Position numbers and translations under genes: made by a program. Source: an uncultured Arcobacter sp. (GTDB lineage: Bacteria > Campylobacterota > Campylobacteria > Campylobacterales > Arcobacteraceae). Taken from it: a DNA stretch of 64,000 nucleotides. Positions 30,100-39,958 of this stretch are shown one piece after another. The notes under the pieces are model-generated. The model saw only the letters and a program-made list of their open reading frames with translations, did no database searches and was not told the origin of the DNA. Numbering within the stretch: position 1 is the stretch's first letter; the number at the start of each line of letters is the position of its first letter. The stretch spans positions 672,001 through 736,000 of the forward strand of contig OZ223300.1 of NCBI GenBank assembly GCA_965140705.1. Reading direction: 5' to 3'.

Positions 30100-31392
30100 A
30101 TGTCTGAAACTAAAAAATATATTTGTAAATGTGAGAGTTGTAAAAGAGAATTTGATGAAGAAGAATACAAATTAACTAATGATGAAAATAAGTGTATTTT
30201 GCATTGTAAAAAAGATGATTGGTATAAAAAATTTGATGAAAAATCAGAATATTACAAAATTTTAAAGAACTTAACCCCTTTTATAAAACATAATTGGTCT
30301 TCATCAGGTGATAAAATTGATTTTTTCTGGACAGAATTAAATAATATAGTAAAAAAGAATACCCTAGAAAATTCTAAATGTGATTTTAATTCTGTAATTT
30401 TCCCTGCAATGGGTGTTGGTAATTGCGAAAAATTAGCTCCAATTGAAATAAATAATTTAAGTTTAATAGAATGTACTTTTCATGATTATATTGATTTAAG
30501 TGATTTTTTTAGTGCAAAAAATTTAGAAATTAATGGGTGTACTTTTTATGAAGATATTGATATTAAGAATAAAATCTGTAAAGAGCAGTTTTTCTTTCAA
30601 AATAATAAAGTATTAAAAAATATAAAATTATTTAATATGGAATTTCAAGGTACATCTTCATTTATTTTAAATAAATTCAAGAAAGAGTTAACTTTTGATG
30701 GTGTAAGATTTAATGATTGTACTATGTTTAATAATAGTGAAATTGGGAATTTATTTTTTAGAAATACATTTTTTAGAAAAGAATCAAATTTTTTAGATAT
30801 AGAATTATCCAATGTAGGAAGTCGAGAAACTACAAGAATAATAAAAAATTCTTTTGAACAACAAAACAATATTATTGAGGCGAATAAATTTTATGCTTTA
30901 GAAATGAAAGAACGGGAAAAAGAATTAGAGTTTAATAAGGAACCATTTGAATGGTTAGTATTTAAAATTCATGCTTGGAGTTCTAATCATTCACAAGATT
31001 GGTTATTAGCTTTATATTGGATTTTAACATTAGGTTTTGCTTTTTCTCTTTTTAATTTTTATACTTTACAAGTTGAGAATAAGTTTATTCACTTTGAGTT
31101 AAGTAAAGTTATTGGGTTATTTTGTTTAGTATCCGTAGGAATATTTGTTGATAATATTTGTAAAAAAAAGGATGAAATAAAATCAATATTTTTGCTTTTT
31201 TATTTTTATTTGCTCTATACCTATGAAACATCAGATGAGTTTTTAACATTTTTTGCAAATACTATAAATCCATTTTCTATAATGACAGGTAAAGATGAAC
31301 TTACTTTTGGTACATTAATCTTCAAAATTATAATCGCATATCTAATCTACCAACTTATTATTTCAATAAGACAAAATACAAGACGGAAGTGA
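30100..31392 (+). CDS. Pentapeptide-repeat-like protein with a Cys/His-rich N-terminus and a C-terminal multi-TM domain
   Basis: CKCESC...CILHC; ~11-residue F-x4-F periodic repeats; ANKFYALEMKERE linker; about four hydrophobic segments. Own -10 TATAAT at 30064-30069. Confidence 0.75.
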   Translation: MSETKKYICKCESCKREFDEEEYKLTNDENKCILHCKKDDWYKKFDEKSEYYKILKNLTPFIKHNWSSSGDKIDFFWTELNNIVKKNTLENSKCDFNSVIFPAMGVGNCEKLAPIEINNLSLIECTFHDYIDLSDFFSAKNLEINGCTFYEDIDIKNKICKEQFFFQNNKVLKNIKLFNMEFQGTSSFILNKFKKELTFDGVRFNDCTMFNNSEIGNLFFRNTFFRKESNFLDIELSNVGSRETTRIIKNSFEQQNNIIEANKFYALEMKEREKELEFNKEPFEWLVFKIHAWSSNHSQDWLLALYWILTLGFAFSLFNFYTLQVENKFIHFELSKVIGLFCLVSVGIFVDNICKKKDEIKSIFLLFYFYLLYTYETSDEFLTFFANTINPFSIMTGKDELTFGTLIFKIIIAYLIYQLIISIRQNTRRK

Positions 31393-31507
31393 TTTATAGT
31401 ATTATTTATTAATACAAACTGATAATTTATTTACTATTTTAATATAATATTTAAATATAAGAGTATAGAATATAAGATAAAAAATTTATATTATATTGGG
31501 AAAATAC

Positions 31508-31966
31508 ATGAGCATTAGAACTACTTTTGATAAGATAACTTCGAACAACTCTGAGAGTTGGAGTTTAGCGTTATTTTGGATAGTTATATTCGAAATACTT
31601 GCAACTATGATTGAATACTCTTTTGTACATCAAACACCAGATATTATGATGCATATTCCAGATGGAATTTATTCTGAGATAATTATTGGATTGATAGTTA
31701 CTGTATATATTTGGTTGTGTATGTATAATCTTGTATTTTGGGATAAGACATCTATTTTATATCTTATTTTATTTGGATTTATTGGAATTTATTTGATTAC
31801 TACCCATGATTTTGTTTTTGATTTATTTATAAAAAACATAAATATATTTAGATTGATTCAAAGTGATACGGGAATAAATTTGATTATTCAATTATTTTTC
31901 AAAATAATAATTTTCTATTTGATATACCAACTCATCAAATCTCTTCGAGCTACTAAAACTTTATAA
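31508..31966 (+). CDS. Hypothetical multi-TM protein homologous to the C-terminal membrane domain of the upstream gene
   Basis: TSNNSESWSLALFWIV and LFFKIIIFYLIYQLIKSLR match the upstream protein. The ATG at 31508 was chosen as start. Confidence 0.75.
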   Translation: MSIRTTFDKITSNNSESWSLALFWIVIFEILATMIEYSFVHQTPDIMMHIPDGIYSEIIIGLIVTVYIWLCMYNLVFWDKTSILYLILFGFIGIYLITTHDFVFDLFIKNINIFRLIQSDTGINLIIQLFFKIIIFYLIYQLIKSLRATKTL

Positions 31967-31967
31967 A

Positions 31968-31994
31968 TTATAGTTCTAATTTTTAGAACTATAA
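31968..31994 (+). terminator. Hairpin closing the secF-leuS insert
   Basis: TTATAGTTCTAA-TTT-TTAGAACTATAA perfect 12-bp stem; a new TATAAT follows at 32023. Confidence 0.6.
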
Positions 31995-32058
31995 AAGAGC
32001 TTTTTTATCATACTTTAGCTATTATAATTGCTTTTAGAAATACTTTAAAAGGATAATC

Positions 32059-32403
32059 ATGGATTGGGGTAAAGTAACCTATATATTCTTTTCACTAATG
32101 TCTTTAACTACAACGGCAGGGTTTTTATATGAACCAAACTCTTTAGCACTATTTTTAGCAGCTGGGGTTAATGTAATATCTACTATTTTAAAATTGGGTG
32201 TTAGAAACTTATTATCTGCAGAATTACTTGCAAGTTCTTTAGTTGCTGATTTACACTTGATACCTGCATTTATGGTTCTTACTTTTATGGGTGATGAAAG
32301 ATTGGCTATAGCTCTTGCTATTGGAGCAATTGTTGCAAATATATTCTCAATAGCCTTAGCACTAATAGAAAGTGCAAAAAGTCAGGAAAAGGATGAGTTT
32401 TAA
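32059..32403 (+). CDS. Conserved small membrane protein (DUF6394-like)
   Basis: MDWGKV...STILKLG...[15 protein letters not shown]; coupled to leuS by a TAATG overlap. Confidence 0.75.
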   Translation: MDWGKVTYIFFSLMSLTTTAGFLYEPNSLALFLAAGVNVISTILKLGVRNLLSAELLASSLVADLHLIPAFMVLTFMGDERLAIALAIGAIVANIFSIALALIESAKSQEKDEF

Positions 32404-34868
32404 TGGAGTATAATCCACAAGAGATAGAAAAAAAATGGCAAAACTATTGGTTAGAAAACAATAGCTTTGAACCAAGTGATGATACAAAAAAAGATAAAAA
32501 ATATATTTTAAGTATGTTTCCATACCCAAGCGGTAGGATACATATGGGACATGTTAGAAATTACTGTTTAGGTGATGCATTCGCTAGATTTTTTAGAAAA
32601 TCAAATTTCAATGTATTACATCCAATTGGTTGGGATAGTTTTGGAATGCCAGCTGAAAATGCTGCTATTAAACACAAACTTCATCCTAAAAAATGGACTT
32701 ATGAAAATATAGATTACATGAGAAAAGAGCTAAATGGTTTAGGTTTAAGTTTCTCAAAAAATAGAGAGTTTGCTACTAGTGATGAGCTTTATACAAGATG
32801 GGAACAAGAGTTTATTATCAAGATGTATGAAGATGGTCTTTTATATAAAAAATCGACTACTGTAAATTGGTGTGAGCCTTGTCATACAGTTTTAGCAAAT
32901 GAGCAAGTAGAAGATGGTGGTTGTTGGAGATGTGGTACTCCTGTTGAGCAAAAAGAGATGCCCGGGTATTATGTGGCAATTACAAAATTTGCTCAAGAAT
33001 TACTTGATGATTTAAAAGATCTTGAAGGATCATGGCCATCACAAGTTCTTACTATGCAAGAAAACTGGATAGGAAGAAGTGAAGGTTTAGAGTTTTCATT
33101 TGAACTTACAAAAGATGCAAGATATAAATTAAACAAAAACTTTGCTTCATTTGATGTATTTACAACAAGACCTGATACTATTTATGGAGTTTCATATACA
33201 GCTCTTTCACCAGAGCATCCAATAGTAAAATATTTAGTGGAAAATGAACTATTAGATGAAAATAAACTAAATAAAATAAAAGCTATGCAAAAAGTAAGTG
33301 AAAGAGATAGGGCAACTATGCCTAAAGAAGGTGTTTCTTTAGAATTAGATGTTCTTCATCCATTAACTGGAAAAACAATTCCAGTATGGGTTGCAAACTT
33401 TGTATTGGTATCTTATGGAAGTGGTGCAGTTATGGCAGTACCTGCCCATGACCAAAGGGATTTTGAATTTGCACAAGAGTATGACTTACCAATTGAGCAA
33501 GTAATTGTTGGAAAAGAGGGTGTTATCTCAAATATGAGAGAAGCTTATACTGAACCTGGAACGCTTATTAATTCAGAGGGCTTTACAAACTTAGATAATA
33601 AAAAAGCACAAAAAGCTATTATTTATCATTTTGAACAAAACTCTTTTGGAACAAAAAAAATTAATTATAAACTAAGAGATTGGGGAGTTTCTAGACAAAG
33701 ATATTGGGGAGCACCAATTCCCTTTATCCATTGTGATTCTTGTGGTTTAGTTCCTGAAAAAATTGAAAATCTTCCAGTTGCCTTACCAGAAGATGTTGAG
33801 ATTACAGGTGAGGGAAATCCCCTTGATAATCACCCAACATGGAAACATACAACTTGTCCAAAATGTGGTAAACCAGCACTAAGAGAGACAGATACTCTTG
33901 ATACTTTTGTTCAATCATCTTGGTACTTTTTAAGATATGCTACAAATAATAAAAAGTGGAATAGTGTAGGTATTTCAAAAGAAGATAGTGATTATTGGAT
34001 GGATGTTGACCAATATATTGGTGGAATTGAACATGCAATTTTACATCTTCTTTATTCTAGATTTTTCACAAAAGCTTTAAATAAACTAGGGTACACAAAC
34101 TCTAAAGAGCCATTTAAAAGACTTCTTACTCAAGGTATGGTTTTAAAAGATGGGGCAAAAATGTCAAAATCTAAAGGAAATGTTGTAGATCCTGATAAGA
34201 TTGTTGAAAAATATGGAGCTGATACTGCAAGATTGTTTATGCTTTTTGCTGCACCACCTACTAAAGAGCTTGACTGGAATGATAGTGCTGTTGATGGGGC
34301 ATTTAAATTTATTAAAAGATTTACAGCAAAAGTTGAAATGGCTGAGGGTATTTCAATTGATGAGATAAATTCAATTGACCATGATTCTTTAAATAAAGAA
34401 GAAAAAGAAGCTAGAAAAAAAGTTTATGAAGCATTACAAAAATCAAATGAAGTGTTTTCTAAAACTTATGCTTTTAATACTTTAATTGCAGCCTCAATGG
34501 AAGCTCTAAATGCTTTAAATGCACAAGATAATAAAACAGTTTGGGCAGAGGGATATTATATTTTAACAAATATTTTAGAACCTATTATTCCCCACTTATG
34601 TTGGGAATTATCAAATGAATTATTTGAATTAAAAAATTTCAATAATGATATAAAAGTAAAAGAAGAGGTTTTTGTATCTGATACTATATCAATAGCTATT
34701 ACAATAAATGGTAAGAAAAGAGCAGAGATAGAAGTTGCTCCAAATGCTTCAAAAGAAGAAATTTTAGCAATAGCTAAAGAAGCTTCTTCAAAATGGATAG
34801 ACGGAAAAGAAATAATAAAAGAAATAGTTGTTCCAAATAAATTGGTAAACTTAGTAATTAAGGGATAA
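32403..34868 (+). CDS. leuS: Leucine--tRNA ligase
   Basis: [30 protein letters not shown]. Confidence 0.98.
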   Translation: MEYNPQEIEKKWQNYWLENNSFEPSDDTKKDKKYILSMFPYPSGRIHMGHVRNYCLGDAFARFFRKSNFNVLHPIGWDSFGMPAENAAIKHKLHPKKWTYENIDYMRKELNGLGLSFSKNREFATSDELYTRWEQEFIIKMYEDGLLYKKSTTVNWCEPCHTVLANEQVEDGGCWRCGTPVEQKEMPGYYVAITKFAQELLDDLKDLEGSWPSQVLTMQENWIGRSEGLEFSFELTKDARYKLNKNFASFDVFTTRPDTIYGVSYTALSPEHPIVKYLVENELLDENKLNKIKAMQKVSERDRATMPKEGVSLELDVLHPLTGKTIPVWVANFVLVSYGSGAVMAVPAHDQRDFEFAQEYDLPIEQVIVGKEGVISNMREAYTEPGTLINSEGFTNLDNKKAQKAIIYHFEQNSFGTKKINYKLRDWGVSRQRYWGAPIPFIHCDSCGLVPEKIENLPVALPEDVEITGEGNPLDNHPTWKHTTCPKCGKPALRETDTLDTFVQSSWYFLRYATNNKKWNSVGISKEDSDYWMDVDQYIGGIEHAILHLLYSRFFTKALNKLGYTNSKEPFKRLLTQGMVLKDGAKMSKSKGNVVDPDKIVEKYGADTARLFMLFAAPPTKELDWNDSAVDGAFKFIKRFTAKVEMAEGISIDEINSIDHDSLNKEEKEARKKVYEALQKSNEVFSKTYAFNTLIAASMEALNALNAQDNKTVWAEGYYILTNILEPIIPHLCWELSNELFELKNFNNDIKVKEEVFVSDTISIAITINGKKRAEIEVAPNASKEEILAIAKEASSKWIDGKEIIKEIVVPNKLVNLVIKG

Positions 34869-34870
34869 TT

Positions 34871-35401
34871 ATGAGATTAAAATCAATTGTATTAGCAGTT
34901 TTGATTGGACTTGTATTTGTAGCTTGTGGTTATAAACCAGGTTCATATTATGCAAAAAAAGAGATTCAGGGAAAAGTCTTTGTTGACCTAAAAGTTAATA
35001 TAGAAGATCCTAAAAACTCAGTATTAATAAAAGATGCTATGAATGAACTATTAGTTCATAAATTAGATGCAAAATTAGTGAATAAGAAAGAACTAGCTGA
35101 TACAATTGTTGTAGTAAGATTAAACTCTACTAGCTTTTCTACTTTACAGTATGACACTGATGGTTATTCAAAACTATATAAAGCAACATCAAGTATAAAT
35201 GTTCAATATAACAATGTAAAACAAAAGTTAACAAGAAATTTTGATGTTTCTGGTACTTATGATTTTTCTATTGATAGTGGTGGAACAATTTCAGATAATA
35301 AAAGGTTTGAAGCAATTAAAGCTGCAACTTCAAAAGCTTTAGATGAAGTTATTTCAAAAATAGCAATATTATCATTTAAAAAACCTGACCTTGAAGATTA
35401 A
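34871..35401 (+). CDS. lptE: LPS assembly lipoprotein LptE
   Basis: Lipobox VACGYKP; immediately after leuS. Confidence 0.8.
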   Translation: MRLKSIVLAVLIGLVFVACGYKPGSYYAKKEIQGKVFVDLKVNIEDPKNSVLIKDAMNELLVHKLDAKLVNKKELADTIVVVRLNSTSFSTLQYDTDGYSKLYKATSSINVQYNNVKQKLTRNFDVSGTYDFSIDSGGTISDNKRFEAIKAATSKALDEVISKIAILSFKKPDLED

Positions 35402-36560
35402 TTTTAAAGAGATACCTTTAAAAGAGTTTTTAGAATATAAAACTATGTACTATGATAAAATAGATTTTACCATAGTACAAAACTCTTTTGAAGTTTTAAA
35501 AAAAGAGATAAAAATACCTTTTATTATCCACATTGTTGGGACAAATGGTAAAGGTACTACAGGAAGATTTTTAGCAAAATATTTATCAAGTATTGGCAAA
35601 GATGTTCTACATTATAGTTCTCCCCATATAACAAAGTTTAATGAAAGAATTTGGATAAATGATTTTGATGTAAGTGATTTACTTCTTGATGAAGCTCATA
35701 AATTTTTACAAAAGATTTTAGATACACCTTTACTTGAAAAATTAACATATTTCGAATATACAACACTTCTAGCATTTTATTTAAGTTCTAATAGGGATTA
35801 TCTTATTTTAGAAGCTGGTCTTGGGGGAGAATTTGATGCTACAAATGTCGCAGAAAATGATTTGTCTCTTATTACTACAATTGATTTAGATCATCAATCT
35901 TTTCTTGGAAATAGCATAAAAGAGATTTCTCTAACGAAAATGCGAGCTTGTGATAAGGTTATGATTGTTGGTTCTCAAATACATGAGGAAGTCTATTTGC
36001 ATGCAAAAATTATTGAAGAAGAGAGAAATATAAGATTACTAAGCCTTGATGATTTAAAAAGTGATGTGAGTAGTTTAAAAATTTTTTTCCCAAAATACCT
36101 ATTAAATAATATTTCTTTGGTTATAGCTGCACTTAAATATTTAAACATTAATGTTGATATTAAAAAATTTGAGAATATGAAGTTAAATGGTAGATGTGAA
36201 AAATATAAAAATAATATTACTTTGGATGTGGGACATAACCCCCTTGCAGCAAGAAGTATTTTAGAAGAGTTTAAAAATAAAAAAATTAATTTAATATATA
36301 ATAGTTATGCAGATAAAGATTATGAAAAAGTTTTGAAAATATTAAAACCTATTGTAAAAAAGTTGTATATACTACCTTTAGATGATAAAAGAGTAGTAAA
36401 AAAGAGTGATTTAATGAATGTTTGTGCTAAATTGAATATAATAACAGATGTATTTAAAAATGAAATAAATGAAGATGAAGAATATTTGGTCTTTGGTTCA
36501 TTTTTAGTAATTGAAAAATTTTTGAAGATTGAGAAAAGTGTAGATGAAGATATTAAATAA
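35391..36560 (+). CDS. folC: Folylpolyglutamate synthase/dihydrofolate synthase
   Basis: VGTNGKGTT, SSPH, LEAGLGGEFDATN, DHQSFLG, LDVGHNP. Confidence 0.94.
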   Translation: MKINFKEIPLKEFLEYKTMYYDKIDFTIVQNSFEVLKKEIKIPFIIHIVGTNGKGTTGRFLAKYLSSIGKDVLHYSSPHITKFNERIWINDFDVSDLLLDEAHKFLQKILDTPLLEKLTYFEYTTLLAFYLSSNRDYLILEAGLGGEFDATNVAENDLSLITTIDLDHQSFLGNSIKEISLTKMRACDKVMIVGSQIHEEVYLHAKIIEEERNIRLLSLDDLKSDVSSLKIFFPKYLLNNISLVIAALKYLNINVDIKKFENMKLNGRCEKYKNNITLDVGHNPLAARSILEEFKNKKINLIYNSYADKDYEKVLKILKPIVKKLYILPLDDKRVVKKSDLMNVCAKLNIITDVFKNEINEDEEYLVFGSFLVIEKFLKIEKSVDEDIK

Positions 36561-37458
36561 TAGATTAGTAATTACAGTTTCAGATGTAAATAGTACTAAG
36601 TCTTACAATATCCATCAACTTTTTAAAAAAATAATTTTTATAGCGATTATAGTTGCCTTTGTTGTAATTGCTGGTTCTTTTTGGTTTATCTCTTTTTTAT
36701 CAAATGAAATTAGTGATTTTAAAGCTAAAAAAGAGAAAGAAATTACTCTATTGACAGAAAAAGAGAAAAAGCTTCAAGCCCAGAATCTTTTTTATTCTAT
36801 GAAAATCAAAGGCAAGGTTAAAGATATAGAGGAACTTAGTAGTAAGTTAGATAGTATAGAAGAAATTGTTGGGTTAAATAGAGATGCAAATGAACAAATA
36901 GCAATTACAAAGGCAACTTTAACTAAAATAACACCAGCTCAAAAAATGTACATGTTATCAACTATTCCAAATGGAGCACCTTTACAAAGAATTAGTGTAT
37001 CAGCTAATTTTGGATATCGTATTCATCCTGTAACCCATGAAAAGAAATTTCATAGGGGAATTGATTTAAGAGCACATCTTAAAACTTCAGTTTTTGCAAC
37101 AGCAGATGGAGTTGTAAGATATGTTCAGCCAAGAAATACAGGAGACTATGGAAGAGTTATAATTCTTTCCCATAATTTTGGATTTGAAACCGTGTATGCA
37201 CATTTAAGTGCCACTAAAGTAAAGCTTGGTGATGTAATCAAAAAAAATCAGGTCATAGGTATGACAGGAAACTCTGGAAGAAGTACAGGTCCACACTTGC
37301 ATTATGAAGTAAGATATGCAAGTATGGTTTTAAATCCTAGAGATTTCATAGATTGGAATTTAAAGAAGTTTAATTCAATATTTAGTAAACAAAGGAGAGT
37401 ACAGTGGGAGTATTTGGTAAATCTGATAAAAGAACAACAGAAGCTGGGGCAACTATAA
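36544..37458 (+). CDS. M23 family peptidase (Csd1-like cell-shape peptidase)
   Basis: TM helix and coiled coil; HRGID, YAHL, GRSTGPHLHYEV. Confidence 0.92.
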   Translation: MKILNNRLVITVSDVNSTKSYNIHQLFKKIIFIAIIVAFVVIAGSFWFISFLSNEISDFKAKKEKEITLLTEKEKKLQAQNLFYSMKIKGKVKDIEELSSKLDSIEEIVGLNRDANEQIAITKATLTKITPAQKMYMLSTIPNGAPLQRISVSANFGYRIHPVTHEKKFHRGIDLRAHLKTSVFATADGVVRYVQPRNTGDYGRVIILSHNFGFETVYAHLSATKVKLGDVIKKNQVIGMTGNSGRSTGPHLHYEVRYASMVLNPRDFIDWNLKKFNSIFSKQRRVQWEYLVNLIKEQQKLGQL

Positions 37459-37862
37459 TCGCTAAAGGAACTTGTATCATAGGTGGGATTTCTACTCAAG
37501 GTACAGTTCATATTGATGGAAAATTTGAAGGTGTAATACTTGAAGCTGATGCAATTTCAATTGGGAAAACAGGTGAAGTAATCGGTGATATTAAAGCAAA
37601 TCATGTAGTTGTAAGTGGTTTTTTTGATGGTAAGATTGATTGTAATGTTATGCAAGTATTAGCTGCTGGAAAAGTTATTGGTGATTTTACTTATAATGAT
37701 TTGATTATTGAAGAAGATGCTAAATTTGAGGGAAGAGTTATTAGAAAAAATTCTGAACTAAAAAGTAGATATAATGAAATAGAGAATAGAATTGGTGGTT
37801 TTGTATCAACAAAAGAAGAAGATCTTTCATATGAAAAACCAGATACAGAAAAGATTAAATAA
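37404..37862 (+). CDS. Bactofilin (CcmA-like polymer-forming cytoskeletal protein)
   Basis: TIIAKGT..IGG...VHIDGKFEG...IGKTGEVIGDI beta-helix repeats; overlaps the M23 gene; AAGGAG RBS. Confidence 0.9.
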   Translation: MGVFGKSDKRTTEAGATIIAKGTCIIGGISTQGTVHIDGKFEGVILEADAISIGKTGEVIGDIKANHVVVSGFFDGKIDCNVMQVLAAGKVIGDFTYNDLIIEEDAKFEGRVIRKNSELKSRYNEIENRIGGFVSTKEEDLSYEKPDTEKIK

Positions 37863-39951
37863 ACTTTACCAAGACAAACTAAATATTGAAAAAGAGATAG
37901 CTCTATTAGAAAAAGAATTAAATAAAAAAGAGTTAAACAAAGATGAGAAGATTGATTTATTTAGAACTTTGTTTATTTCTCGTGCAGATGTGTATCTAAA
38001 AAAATGGATTAGTAAAGACTCTACAAAAGAGTCTTATTTCCCTGTTACTAAAACTTTCCAAGGAAGTGATTATTTACCTCTTTTAAATGAAGACATTGAG
38101 CAACATTTAAGGGGTAAAGTTCAACTTTCTACTTATAATATTTCCATAAGTAATCAATGCAAATATGGCATTTTAAAAATCTCAAAAAATGATATTTCAA
38201 AACTACAAATGACTTTAACCCAGCTAAATTTAATTGGCAATTATCAATTTGATTCATATAATGATGTTTTGATTTGGTTTTTTTATGAAGAGAATATTCA
38301 AGCTCGTGATGTAAAAGAGTTTTTACAAAATATAATTAAAACTGCTAATATAAATGCAAAAATATATCCAAATATAGACTTTGTAAATAGTTCAAACTTT
38401 GGTTCATATATTGAATTACCATTACATTTAAAATTAAGACAAAGTAATAAAACTGTTTTTTTTGATTGCAATAGTTTAACTCCTTATGAAGATCAATGGG
38501 ATTATTTGAGAAATGTACAAAAAATACCTAAAAATACTGTATTAAAAATAGCAAAAATAAATGAACAGAAAGCTCTTCAAAGTTGGGAAAAACAAAGTGT
38601 AAATAGTGTTGAATATCCAACTTTTCCATTAGAAATCACGATTTATGATTATGTATATATAAAAAGCAAAAATTTATCAAAATCATTTTTAAATGAATTG
38701 AAGAATTTAGCAGTTTTTGATAATCCTCAAATAAAGATTCTTTTGAGTTTAAGAAAACCACTTTTTAATACTCCAAAACAGATAAAAAATTATGAAGAAG
38801 ATGAAAGCTATTTAAAACTTCCAAGGGGAGTTTTAGGTTTTGTTTTAAGAATTTTAAAACAAAATGGTGTTAAATACACAATTGATGACAAAAGAGTAGA
38901 GAATAAACAAGAGTATCCAAAAGTAAAATATGAACTAAGGGATGATCAAAATTTAGCAATATCAAAAGTGATTAAGAAAGATTTTTCAATTTGTGTTGCT
39001 CCTCCTGGTTTTGGTAAAACCTTAATTGGTGCTAAGATGATAGAATTAAGGGGTGTAAATACTTTAATAATAGTAAATAAAAATATGCTTTTAGACCAAT
39101 GGATTCAAAGATTTGTTGATTATTTTGGAATGAATAAAAAAGATATAGGTTTTTTAGGTAAGAGTAAAAATAAATTAACTGGAAAACTTGATATTGCTAC
39201 CATGCAAAGTTTAAAAAATCAACCAGAAATTATAAAAGACTACTCTTTTGTAATAGTTGATGAGTGCCATCATATCCCAGCTGTTACTTTTGAGTTAATA
39301 ATAAAACTATTTTGTGGTAAATATGTTTTAGGACTTAGTGCAACGCCAAATAGAAAAGATGGTTTAGAACCAATACTTTTTCAGCAATTAGGGCAAATAT
39401 TATATGAGTATAAAAAGAAAAGAACACTTACTCATAGAATAAAAGTTATAAATACTGATTTTAAAAGTCAATCAGATAATTATGCCCAATTAATCAATGA
39501 AATAACTGTAGATAAAAGTAGAAATGAATTGATTATAAATGAAGTAAAACAGTACCCTAATAGGAAGATATTAATATTAACAGATAGAATTGAACACATA
39601 AATATTTTGGAAGAATTATTAATAAAAAATAATTTAAAATATGTTAGTATACATGGAAGTTTGAGTAAAAAAGAACAACAAGAAAATTTAGAGCAAATAG
39701 AAAATAGCAATTTAATACTTGCTACAACTTCTTATTTTGGGGAAGGTATAGATTTTCCCCATCTAAATACAATTATTTTTGTAACACCAATTTCTTATTA
39801 TGGAAGATTGGTACAATATCTAGGTAGAGTAGGTCGAGATGGACAGGAGTGTTTAGCAATTGACTTGCTTGATTCAAAAAATGCAATGTTAAATTCAACC
39901 TTTAAAAAAAGGCTTGAAGGCTATAAGCAAATGCATTATAAAATTTATTAG
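37831..39951 (+). CDS. SF2 DExH helicase with an N-terminal AEP (TOTE-type) primase-like domain
   Basis: Helicase motifs APPGFGKT, DECHH, SATP, QYLGRVGR. N-terminal LFISRADVY...HLRG...FGSYIELPL...YEDQWDYL scaffold. Start reassigned to the ATG at 37831. Confidence 0.8.
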   Translation: MKNQIQKRLNKLYQDKLNIEKEIALLEKELNKKELNKDEKIDLFRTLFISRADVYLKKWISKDSTKESYFPVTKTFQGSDYLPLLNEDIEQHLRGKVQLSTYNISISNQCKYGILKISKNDISKLQMTLTQLNLIGNYQFDSYNDVLIWFFYEENIQARDVKEFLQNIIKTANINAKIYPNIDFVNSSNFGSYIELPLHLKLRQSNKTVFFDCNSLTPYEDQWDYLRNVQKIPKNTVLKIAKINEQKALQSWEKQSVNSVEYPTFPLEITIYDYVYIKSKNLSKSFLNELKNLAVFDNPQIKILLSLRKPLFNTPKQIKNYEEDESYLKLPRGVLGFVLRILKQNGVKYTIDDKRVENKQEYPKVKYELRDDQNLAISKVIKKDFSICVAPPGFGKTLIGAKMIELRGVNTLIIVNKNMLLDQWIQRFVDYFGMNKKDIGFLGKSKNKLTGKLDIATMQSLKNQPEIIKDYSFVIVDECHHIPAVTFELIIKLFCGKYVLGLSATPNRKDGLEPILFQQLGQILYEYKKKRTLTHRIKVINTDFKSQSDNYAQLINEITVDKSRNELIINEVKQYPNRKILILTDRIEHINILEELLIKNNLKYVSIHGSLSKKEQQENLEQIENSNLILATTSYFGEGIDFPHLNTIIFVTPISYYGRLVQYLGRVGRDGQECLAIDLLDSKNAMLNSTFKKRLEGYKQMHYKIY

Positions 39952-39958
39952 GATTTAT

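Noticed and set aside
31321..31950. Possible diversity-generating retroelement TR/VR pair between the two similar 3' ends
   Set aside because: Differences are not confined to adenines, both copies are coding, and there is no reverse transcriptase. Paralogy explains the similarity.
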